Shown: positions 33,901-40,280 of the stretch, one piece after another
How the letters are laid out: each line of letters begins with the position of its first letter
Position numbering within the stretch: the stretch's first letter is position 1
IMG/VR virus record: IMGVR_UViG_3300007171_000004
Location: 128,001-192,000 of that record
Length of the DNA stretch: 64,000 nt
Direction: 5' to 3' (one strand)
Source: a virus
Lineage: Duplodnaviria; Caudoviricetes
Made by a program: the position numbers and the translations under genes
Notes under the pieces: model-generated
Seen by the model: only the letters and a program-made list of their open reading frames with translations
Databases searched by the model: none
What the model was told of the DNA's origin: nothing

Positions 33901-34634
33901 TTTTCAGTTTTATTCGTCTCATTATTTACTACTGAAGTGCTCGTAGCTATATCTAATGATTGATTATTATTTTCAACTTTATTTGATGAGTTATCTATAT
34001 ATTCATTTTCTATATTTTTGACATTTTTAGTATTTGGATTTAATGTCGTGATATTTATAGTTTTATCAAATGACTTATCTTTATTAGGTTTAACTGTCTT
34101 TTTGATGACAATTTTAGCCAACTTAACATTGATATCATCCTTATTAAAGAATGCAGCAAATGCAGCAGCCTTAGGGTCCATAGCCATAGCCTGAGATTGA
34201 TCAGCCATAGATTGCTTTTCAACTTTGATATCAACTTTTCTAGAAACAATTTCAACTTCCTCAACTGTTTTAGGTTTAGGAGGATTAAATACTGGAATAG
34301 TTTCTTCTCCAACTTCTTTTCTTTTGAAGTTTAAGAAAGTAGGATCGGCAGGGCGATTTCCACTATACTCATCAGTTTTAAGTGGAGAATAGCGTCGGGA
34401 AACTCTGGAGGTTGATAAAACATTTGCATCTTCAAGCGAAAAAATTTCATCAGGATCTTGTGTATTACCAGCTGTGTAACGATCGGTAGGAAGAGCTTTA
34501 CCCTTCATACCAGTTGCAGAAGATAAATTCTCTAAAGCATCTGACAATGAAGGGTCAATATTTTTAGCTTGTTTGAATGCATCAGATTTATTGGATATTT
34601 TATTATATGCAACCCAATTAATCTTATTACTCAT
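27939..34634 (-). CDS. Asn/Ser/Glu/Gln/Thr-rich low-complexity repeat protein (2231 aa); candidate non-canonical tape measure or ejected protein
   Basis: Central ~1650 aa has no Pro, Arg, Trp or Cys; 19 copies of [EQ]-x-L-x-T-E-x-Y; helical C-terminal tail; lies upstream of distal tail and hub genes. Confidence 0.6.
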   Translation of the reverse strand: MSNKINWVAYNKISNKSDAFKQAKNIDPSLSDALENLSSATGMKGKALPTDRYTAGNTQDPDEIFSLEDANVLSTSRVSRRYSPLKTDEYSGNRPADPTFLNFKRKEVGEETIPVFNPPKPKTVEEVEIVSRKVDIKVEKQSMADQSQAMAMDPKAAAFAAFFNKDDINVKLAKIVIKKTVKPNKDKSFDKTINITTLNPNTKNVKNIENEYIDNSSNKVENNNQSLDIATSTSVVNNETNKTENIINQTTDQIYNTQNITNTENNQNVNNEQIVNQNITNNQNIDNSSFNVSNESIINNEESLNTEYYDTFVSNNNSSNSELVNNNNLTNNVNQNFNTSNENTDVTENYSSNINNNSENFTSNTDSQQIDINITETIIEEEVLNTEQYDSNISGDQVNSVDNSVNNFDSTTLNQNISNNETNSITNNTESSNLSNNLTEENSATFNNSSVTEETLNTENYYSSDNENIQNVTNLNNSENIENNQVSNTHEVNSSNSQSTIDNSETINQTDNFSSNESVQNNSDLNIQNTTENKENKFSNESVINETTSNIDVDNSSAQNNFSNTNQTNFNNAENLNITEEKLFTETYSSEVNYSENYIDNQSLNVNSENTNNTTNNTDISNNENNLNSVNNQYSSSSTTNINEQNQSSSFASNVNQYDEINNTANFESTNISSTEINSQESLENNYNSENVTNESFINNQTSNVAEQTNLNSVQNNEFFEEKLNTENYSESNTQQSDYVSVDNQNNSTIIDNSSIHNTNVQNSNVNNSKSESNESNQTIIEDNTLNSNVDVLNNQSSIITENNNVTNNSSSNNSNVSNTEELSNSEYNNFNTENLASDSTFVNQETLNTENYEAVIKNNLTTENSSTENVINQNVIKNDSSSVSMNEESTSVFNDNVVNSSLENNQNQNNTSISSNQTTVNKNENEENNEFVSNESLAFNETNVSNNVSNNESNTFIDSQETLNTENYSSTINGDSLQNFNNLDVSNSSISENNVSSTQNVNNKISSENNIDNNVSNNNIENNYNQQNNNQTNQSNQEIFESETNIQNNSSTTNVNNQESLINQENSQTFNSENSQSETNNYETLATENYTDNNNSNNINNQNSSTVNISENNLSNAYEENNFTQETLNTESYNSAENIYNSEQYTQNDATTSNVTNSQENTQNFNETTSETFNQNVNQEQNSTTNIANSSNNSSVQNSTSNTESNYNETNVNTENIESNDIEQNYNSQNTNNENKYENFSSQETLNTENYLSQENYNYSTEINNQSNNVSNSSEIEQENIVNQETLNTENYTNLDLSQSSNNTNINQNSEEVNYTSSGNNINNTSSVSNINNQNSNEFNINESTSYEQTDINNQNQNVQINSTINEQNTDNLNINNQTVNTEENNSFKDQNNTFNESYQQTLNTENYTQDNNSQNINNSQNLTNMEFETVNNESNQNLINQETLNTENYSSSESFNSTQNNISSDSNTVLNQTTNSENIVNNQNINSTDNNTYNQNTTNNSNSQQDAYSSENNQEYISSQESNTNNTNIENNTQSNINESVVNNSTSLNINSNDSVVNNQETLNTEQYDVENTAFNTQDNSQNIVNQTEVTNLSSTVTNGYNSETNNVYNNSSAESNNQNVTNELKQDITNTDNNISSSVSNNQSTLQTEEYYEGNTDNFDIYNSQSQNVNSVTNNESNSSEENVNIETNNASIQNNNTNNSSQTNISNSLNNVQSNNIVNSSEQLVTESYNFQNNVNVDNISNDQTVSSVNVSNQNVEGNTTNNNQSYNQSSNNVSNENNNTTYNSENSNYEDGDTNVNISEEQITLETEEYYQNDSANYSSTENNEYNTQSSTVNNDSSTVYNQETLNTQNYSDVNSTTNQTFNNQNIEGDTKSSSVTNNTSNRKSKRKIINVNNNFNKDSFESHLSRYQNSLNVTENKPVNYVDLKSGSNEFFSSDNLYTETYYDNAVNEYNETNNTQNTRNFTEYNQEQANFSNIYNNSNPVVTQEQLRIDRLTGKYYSPSKPNNSSNSRSTNNIYNQQNSYVNNSLLETIRYDQSQSYINSASPYSDIQDQIILGSLDKYVDLIKNETVNNYSTNNYGNGKSPFSKKQDNITNNNIESEEYVENILMQGINRLFEKNDTFMTQLISKSGDSSFNTTFMNTSVNNQKEVERVMQIVDNVIEKKLKENNDKQVEQFVTKNQFKIYKETIIQEIEKKTNLKLEVLSTDVNKRILNYIQDSINKLMRS
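28791..33731 (-). repeat. Dispersed coding repeat, consensus QETLNTENY (plus strand ATAATTTTCAGTATTTAAWGTYTCTTG), 19 copies
   Basis: Copies located by eye; plus-strand coordinate of the conserved E/Q codon: 33714, 33474, 33258, 32877, 32454, 32082, 31734, 31368, 31239, 30885, 30762, 30414, 30288, 29931, 29679, 29442, 29196, 29073, 28797. Confidence 0.9.
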
Positions 34635-34637
34635 GGA

Positions 34638-36635
34638 TTATATTGTACGTTTTTTCTTTTTTCTTCTAATAGTGAAAGAAGGGGTTTTGCGGAATTTTGA
34701 TGGGTGTTCTAAAATTGTCCCATAAGGAGGGTCATTATCATAGAGTTCGTTATAATAATCTTCAATAACTTCATCAGCTACTTTTTCATATTTAGCAACT
34801 TTGATGAATTTTTCAGACTCAGATCCTCTAAATGGATTCCTATAAACTCCAGGGGACATTTCTCTTCTAAGAGCCTTGATCTTCAGCTCCATGGATCTAA
34901 TAATGCGTTTAGTTCTATCAGCCATGCCTTTAAAGACATTATCAGTATTTGGATCTCCAGTAGAAATAGAAGAATACATTGATAAAGCTTGAGATCTTAA
35001 TCCCATTTCAGTTTTATATGTAGCAATAAGAGCATCATATACAGGAAGTAAATTAATACCTCCAGATTGAACAGCGTTATCCTTTTCAAGCTCAGCGGAT
35101 TCTCTTTGAGCTTTCACTTGAATAATTTGAATTTCTATAGGTAATGAAATAGTGTAAACATTTGCAGTAATTAAATCTTGCTGTCTAGCTGCAATTTCTT
35201 GTTGATATTTAACTAAAATATCTCTACTAATAACAGCTGGTGTTTTTTGCGATGGGTCAATGGTAGCTATATCGCTCTGAAATTTTTCACCAACATCTAT
35301 CAATTGATTTAAAACTTTAATATCATATTCAATTGTATTCTTGTAATTTTCTACTTCTGTTAGAATTGCCTGTGGGTCGATATTTTCAACAGTAGTATTT
35401 GTGAAAAATTGTTGAGTTTCTGTAGAGCTTCCATAAGAATATTTTAGAACTTGATCAATTCTTGATTTAATTTGAGTAATTTGTTCGCTAAGTTTACCAT
35501 GCTGTTCAACAAGAATTCCTAATTCACGTTGGATTTTCATCTGTTCAGCACTAGTTTTACTTCCTGCAGCCATACTAGCAGCTTGATTAGCAGGAGCAGT
35601 AGATGGAAGAGGACCAACACCTGGAGTAGCACCTGTAGGTCCAGTTCCCATTAATGAAGTAAATGTTGGAGTAGTACTTGTAGGAGGAGCAGCAACTCTT
35701 ATAAATTTATTAGATTGAGCTCCTCTTCCTGTTTGAGGTACAGAAATATTACCTCCAGGAAGCATTCCCTTTCCAACATCTACTGCTGTTCCAGTAGAGG
35801 ATAATATTTGTAACATTCTGTTCCAGTAAGCTAGTATTGACCCAAGAGGTCCATTCATATTTTTAAGATATAAATCTCTTAAGTTTTTCAATACTCCAGC
35901 ATTATATTCGCTTCTACCTTTGATCATTTCAGTATCAAATTTACCCTTGGTCATTTCAAGCTTTTCTTTTTCCATCTTTTCCTTTTCACGGGCTAGTTGA
36001 AGTTCAGAAACTTGCTTAAATCCATCAGTAGAAGGAGAACCTAAGGCTTTAAAAGCTTGTTCAAGAGGCTTAATATCATCTGCATTACCACCAGCGCCTA
36101 AGGTGGTGTAAATCATCGGAATTTGATTAACTGCAAAAGGATCACCAAAAGCTAATGCTAATGCAGTGTCCATTATTCTTAGACTTGGATGTTTTTTCTC
36201 ATATTCATTAATAAGTTTAAGAATATTCTTAAAGTGAGATAGGTCCTCAAAGCCAAATTTACTAGCTAATAGTTTAATAAATATTTCGAATGTTTGAGGA
36301 CCATCCATAAATCCCATGGAGGCAGTTTCAGCAACAATATTAAAAAATTCAGTAATTTTTGATGGACTTAAAAAAGATGTAAGTCTAGCATAGTACTGAT
36401 TTTTAAAAGTTGGTTCATCGCTTGGCAAGCCAGCAGCAGCTGCTGCTTCAAAAGCCAATTGGAAATCTCTTTGTTGTTTGGCGTTCTTATCAGCATCGGT
36501 ATCTAAGCTACTTTTACCTTCTTCAGATTTAGTATCTTCAGTCTGTCTGCGAGTACGCCCAGCAATATCGGCTCCAATTTCTTCGAGAGCTTCACCAGTT
36601 GTTACGGCTTCTGCACCTGGAATTGTAGTAGGCAT
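34638..36635 (-). CDS. Helical/coiled-coil virion protein (665 aa); internal, ejection or tape-measure-associated
   Basis: Heptad-like helical segments, Pro/Thr/Gly linker, repeated KFI[RK]VA motif, basic C-terminus RRKKKKRTI. Confidence 0.5.
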   Translation of the reverse strand: MPTTIPGAEAVTTGEALEEIGADIAGRTRRQTEDTKSEEGKSSLDTDADKNAKQQRDFQLAFEAAAAAGLPSDEPTFKNQYYARLTSFLSPSKITEFFNIVAETASMGFMDGPQTFEIFIKLLASKFGFEDLSHFKNILKLINEYEKKHPSLRIMDTALALAFGDPFAVNQIPMIYTTLGAGGNADDIKPLEQAFKALGSPSTDGFKQVSELQLAREKEKMEKEKLEMTKGKFDTEMIKGRSEYNAGVLKNLRDLYLKNMNGPLGSILAYWNRMLQILSSTGTAVDVGKGMLPGGNISVPQTGRGAQSNKFIRVAAPPTSTTPTFTSLMGTGPTGATPGVGPLPSTAPANQAASMAAGSKTSAEQMKIQRELGILVEQHGKLSEQITQIKSRIDQVLKYSYGSSTETQQFFTNTTVENIDPQAILTEVENYKNTIEYDIKVLNQLIDVGEKFQSDIATIDPSQKTPAVISRDILVKYQQEIAARQQDLITANVYTISLPIEIQIIQVKAQRESAELEKDNAVQSGGINLLPVYDALIATYKTEMGLRSQALSMYSSISTGDPNTDNVFKGMADRTKRIIRSMELKIKALRREMSPGVYRNPFRGSESEKFIKVAKYEKVADEVIEDYYNELYDNDPPYGTILEHPSKFRKTPSFTIRRKKKKRTI

Positions 36636-36817
36636 TAATTTTTCCCAGAAATAATTTTATATGTGTTCGTGGAACAATGTGGACATTTTCCTTGAAGAGC
36701 ATGTCGGGAGCTTTTCATTTGGACTTGCTTAGGTCCTGTGACTGTAACCATAGTTCTGCATTTAACGCAGTACATTTGGTGTGTATGAGCGGCATTTTCA
36801 AGAGTTTGTGTTTGCAT
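36635..36817 (-). CDS. Small Zn-ribbon protein, DUF5679-like (Cren7-related fold)
   Basis: MYCVKCR-x19-GKCPHCSTNTYKI matches the YCVKC..G.CP.C.T pattern; TAATG coupling to the next gene. Confidence 0.75.
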   Translation of the reverse strand: MQTQTLENAAHTHQMYCVKCRTMVTVTGPKQVQMKSSRHALQGKCPHCSTNTYKIISGKN

Positions 36818-36869
36818 AAAAGGTATACCTCAGGTTCAAATATACTAGATTGTTGTACAAATTTCCTAT
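36818..36869. promoter_or_regulatory. Divergent promoter region with palindromes AGGTATACCT and TTGTACAA (36853-36860)
   Basis: 52-bp gap between divergent genes; both palindromes read directly from the sequence. Confidence 0.55.
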
Positions 36870-37217
36870 ATGCCTAGATATGATTTTGTTTGCCAGACAG
36901 ATAAAACTAAGAAATTCACTCTCAATATACAATTATCTGATTACAAACCAGAAATTGAATGTCCTTGCGGTTCAGAATCTTGTATCGCAATAAGACAATT
37001 TGGGTCTTTCTCTGTTCAATCTGGACTAACCGCTAGTGAGAAAAAATATGGCACAACATCTACTCGCAAAGAGATGGCAGAATTTGTAAAAGATCAACGT
37101 GAGGTAAGAAAATCTACCTATGCTCCAGACACTAGAGAGTCAAAATCTAACGAACTATGGACTGGAAAAGAAGGATTGGATGGAGTTACTACACTAGCCG
37201 TACAAAGGAAAGATTAA
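36870..37217 (+). CDS. FmdB-family zinc-ribbon protein
   Basis: MPRYDFVC..KFTL....SD..PEIECPCGS...RQFG matches the MP.Y.y.C...CP.CG..r pattern; one Cys of the first pair is missing. Confidence 0.7.
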   Translation: MPRYDFVCQTDKTKKFTLNIQLSDYKPEIECPCGSESCIAIRQFGSFSVQSGLTASEKKYGTTSTRKEMAEFVKDQREVRKSTYAPDTRESKSNELWTGKEGLDGVTTLAVQRKD

Positions 37218-37993
37218 TGGAAAACTTACAGCCACAAGAAGAGCACAGCTTTATCGTCCAAAATGTAACCCTTGGACCTCATTATATTAGTGATATCAGA
37301 ATTCAATTTGATGCACTTGAAGTTATCGACCTAACATGGGAAGATCCTATGGCAATCAAGAAGTCCAAAGATCTTCAAAATTCTCTTCGTAAGGGAATTT
37401 TAAAGCAGATCACCAAAGAGCAATGGGATAGAATTTTAGATCGACAATCTGTTAAGGAAAAGAACGAATTGCTTAAAAGTAAGTCTGATAAGCAAACTCA
37501 AACTTTTGAAATTGATGGAAAGCAGCTTGAAGTTGAAATGATTGATGCTCAAAAGAGTTATAAGGGTAGTGATACAGTAACAACATCTGGACATGCCAAT
37601 GATTCTTTATCATATGCAACTGCTCTAGATATTGCTCAAGCACAAGCTGAAATTCAAGGAAGAGAACTTACAGCAGAAGATTTTGCTGAAATGGTATCCA
37701 AAGATTCTAATTTAGTTCCTCGTCTTCTTTCTCAAAATCTTTCGGCAGTTTCAGGAGATACTAGAACAGGTAAGGCTTATGTAGCAACTGCTCCTAATAG
37801 TTATGCAGATCAAACTCAAGTATCTCAAGTACGCATGACAAATTTTAATAAGGAAGGATATATGGCAACTCCTTCAAATGATTTATCTTCATCTGCTGAC
37901 TTCTTTACTGAAGACGATCCAATTGCTATGGAAATTGACTTAAGTGTTGAGGGTGGTGAAGATGCCTCTGATGGTGGGATTCGCAGACTTTAA
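37217..37993 (+). CDS. Hypothetical protein (258 aa)
   Basis: Start moved to ATG 37217 (TAATG overlap, aaggaaag upstream); acidic C-terminus. Confidence 0.65.
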   Translation: MENLQPQEEHSFIVQNVTLGPHYISDIRIQFDALEVIDLTWEDPMAIKKSKDLQNSLRKGILKQITKEQWDRILDRQSVKEKNELLKSKSDKQTQTFEIDGKQLEVEMIDAQKSYKGSDTVTTSGHANDSLSYATALDIAQAQAEIQGRELTAEDFAEMVSKDSNLVPRLLSQNLSAVSGDTRTGKAYVATAPNSYADQTQVSQVRMTNFNKEGYMATPSNDLSSSADFFTEDDPIAMEIDLSVEGGEDASDGGIRRL

Positions 37994-38018
37994 GCTCAAG
38001 TGAAGGATTTGAAAGACT

Positions 38019-38053
38019 CAGCTGGGGAAATTATCCTCAGCTGTTCTTTTTTT
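38019..38053 (+). terminator. Rho-independent terminator
   Basis: Stem CAGCTGGGGA / TCCTCAGCTG (one G-U pair), 5-nt loop, then TTCTTTTTTT. Confidence 0.75.
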
Positions 38054-38064
38054 AGGAGTATGAA

Positions 38065-39120
38065 ATGGATGAAATCGTAACCATAAATTCGTATAATGAA
38101 AGTCCTCTATATTTTTATAATACTAGTTTTAATAATCCCGGTATCTACATCGAATGGGAAAGAATCACACCATCTGGTGTTGTAACATATACAGTTCAAA
38201 GAAGTGACTATTTCGATGGAATCTATGCAGATATTGCTAATGTTGCCTATCCAATTAACGAATATGTTGATCCAAATGGAAAAGCAAATTCTTATTATAA
38301 AATAATAGAAAAAGATTCTTTAGGAGCAACACTTTCTACTTCTCAACCATTATCAGGTGATGAGTTATTGATGAAAAGCAGCTTGAGATATGAATTACAA
38401 ACTCTTCTTAATGTGCCAATTTATGATGAAGAAGTTATTTTTAGTGGTGATAGAAAAAGAGCATCTGTTGCATTCCCTTACTGGAACTTCAATCCTAGAC
38501 CAGAACTTAGAATAACTGGATATTCAGATGATGGTGATAGAGATCCTATGATAGTCCTATCTGAAAATACTCCAATTTTGAAAACAAAGAATGGTGCAAA
38601 TAATTACTCATCTGGACTTAAATATAAAACAGATTATATGGGTAATATTTTCTTTCTAAATTCAGCAGGTGAACCAACAGCAGTCCAAGCTTACGATACA
38701 ATTTTAGCTTCATATAACATCAAATTATTTACAGGATCTCATATGAATCATGCTCTTCATATGGCATTACAATCTGTAAACTCACAACCTGGTGCTTCAA
38801 AATATTCTACTGTAGCATCAGCACCTTATTATTACGAACCAGCTTTAATCATTGGCGCTTCATATTATCTTCTAAGAAGCTTACTTACTTCTCTAACTCA
38901 AAGACAAAAAAGACTATTATTAGAAGACCCAGATGCGAAAATTATTGATGATTTAAGAAATACTACTACAATGTACAAGGAAGAATTTGAGAAACTTCTT
39001 GAAAAGCTTCCTCTCGCAAAGCTTCCAAATACAAGAAGTATCACAGTACCAGAATACAATATGCCTGGTGGTAGAAGCAGATTCTTTAGATTTGCCTTTA
39101 ATATTCCTGGAGCTATTTAA
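38065..39120 (+). CDS. Neck / head-tail adaptor-like protein with N-terminal FN3-like domain
   Basis: AGGAG RBS; FN3-like N-terminus (IEWE..YTVQRS..YVD..YYKI); helical C-terminal ALIIGASYYLLRSL..MYKEEFEKLL, typical of adaptor proteins. Confidence 0.6.
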   Translation: MDEIVTINSYNESPLYFYNTSFNNPGIYIEWERITPSGVVTYTVQRSDYFDGIYADIANVAYPINEYVDPNGKANSYYKIIEKDSLGATLSTSQPLSGDELLMKSSLRYELQTLLNVPIYDEEVIFSGDRKRASVAFPYWNFNPRPELRITGYSDDGDRDPMIVLSENTPILKTKNGANNYSSGLKYKTDYMGNIFFLNSAGEPTAVQAYDTILASYNIKLFTGSHMNHALHMALQSVNSQPGASKYSTVASAPYYYEPALIIGASYYLLRSLLTSLTQRQKRLLLEDPDAKIIDDLRNTTTMYKEEFEKLLEKLPLAKLPNTRSITVPEYNMPGGRSRFFRFAFNIPGAI

Positions 39121-39124
39121 AAAT

Positions 39125-39688
39125 TTGGATTTAGTAATTAAATCAAACAATATCTCAAGAACATTAAAAATTAAGAATAAATTTAATTACAGCAATCTGA
39201 TAATACTTTCTGAAAACAAAAATATAGAAAAGATATTAGATTGCTCTGTTATAAATTGTTCATCAGAAGAATATATATCAAACTATTCATCTATATATTC
39301 TGAAAACTTATTGATTGATGACAGATTAAATTTAAATATTGACATTAAATCATTCTTGACAAAATTTAGAATTAACGAATATGATTTGCTAGTTCCACTG
39401 ACATACGGAGATACTGTTTCTTTAATTTTCTCACAAATTACAGGGAATGTTAAAAGCTGCCTCCCTACAGAGTGGGATCCAAATTTTATAGATCATGATA
39501 TTTTAGATTCAAGTTTATGGTCAGAATTTAAAAATCAAAAATGTAAAACTCATATTAGTGATTTTAAAATTAATCCAAATTTAAGTAAGTATCTTTTAAT
39601 TGCATGGAAGGGGACAAATTTAGAAAGATGCTATATGTCTCCTAAATTTTTAGCCAACTATGATTCAAATTGCAATAACATCTCATAA
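39125..39688 (+). CDS. Hypothetical protein, possibly a degenerate GT-A glycosyltransferase
   Basis: The track start at 38987 overlaps the neck gene by 134 nt; TTG at 39125 (GGAG 12 nt upstream) gives MDLVIKSNN... Very low GC like the two following genes. Confidence 0.45.
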   Translation: MDLVIKSNNISRTLKIKNKFNYSNLIILSENKNIEKILDCSVINCSSEEYISNYSSIYSENLLIDDRLNLNIDIKSFLTKFRINEYDLLVPLTYGDTVSLIFSQITGNVKSCLPTEWDPNFIDHDILDSSLWSEFKNQKCKTHISDFKINPNLSKYLLIAWKGTNLERCYMSPKFLANYDSNCNNIS

Positions 39689-40280
39689 ATCTAGCTATGA
39701 AAAATGTGCCATACCTCTTGTCAAGTCATTTTTAAGTTCTGGCATTGAATTAAATAAAATATCAGTATTTGCTGGAGGTTATGAAAATTTTTCTTCTAAT
39801 ATCGAAATTTGTAGAACTTATAGAACAAACCATAATTCCTACGACCATACTGCTATTATTGAAATAATTGAAAAAAATATAAGATCAGACTATTGGTTTA
39901 TTCTTCATGATACATGTATTGCAGATGGTAATTTTAAAAATGCTCACATAAAACTTGGATATGATTTAGTCACTATTACAGAAGCTGGATGGTGGAATAT
40001 GGGACTATATAGCTGGGATTTTATTGAAAAGAATAAACATTATTTCCTATCACTAAAAAACTGCACTAAATCTCAAGCTATTCTATCTGAACGATTTAAC
40101 AATAGATTGACAGAAAATTTATCTTATTATATTGAAGAATCGGATATTATAGAAAAAAAACCTTCTGATATTTACAATGATTCAATACTAAGAAAAGGCA
40201 TTTATTTTAAAGATCTTGGCCTTACTAAATATCAAAGTTACTATCCCAATTCTAAACTTTTAGTTGAGTTGTCAAAATGA
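39660..40280 (+). CDS. GT-A fold glycosyltransferase (GT2-like)
   Basis: N-terminal beta-alpha MIQIAITSH..., conserved YWFILHDT (DxD-equivalent) and NMGLYS. Confidence 0.6.
   Translation: MIQIAITSHKSSYEKCAIPLVKSFLSSGIELNKISVFAGGYENFSSNIEICRTYRTNHNSYDHTAIIEIIEKNIRSDYWFILHDTCIADGNFKNAHIKLGYDLVTITEAGWWNMGLYSWDFIEKNKHYFLSLKNCTKSQAILSERFNNRLTENLSYYIEESDIIEKKPSDIYNDSILRKGIYFKDLGLTKYQSYYPNSKLLVELSK

Noticed and set aside
28950-34050. Very many N-x-S/T sequons in the Asn-rich protein as targets of the glycosyltransferases
   Set aside because: Expected from composition alone; the encoded enzymes look GT2/GT8-like, not HMW1C/GT41 N-glycosyltransferases.
768-34312. Short ORFs nested in the large minus-strand tail genes (for example 768-959, 2415-2603, 25485-25979, 32934-33155)
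   Set aside because: They overlap long, well-supported ORFs and lack RBS or motifs; 768-959 and 2415-2603 lie inside the unlisted 1-5241 gene.
38987-39124. ORF-track start giving a 134-nt overlap with the neck gene
   Set aside because: A downstream TTG at 39125 with GGAG upstream avoids the overlap.
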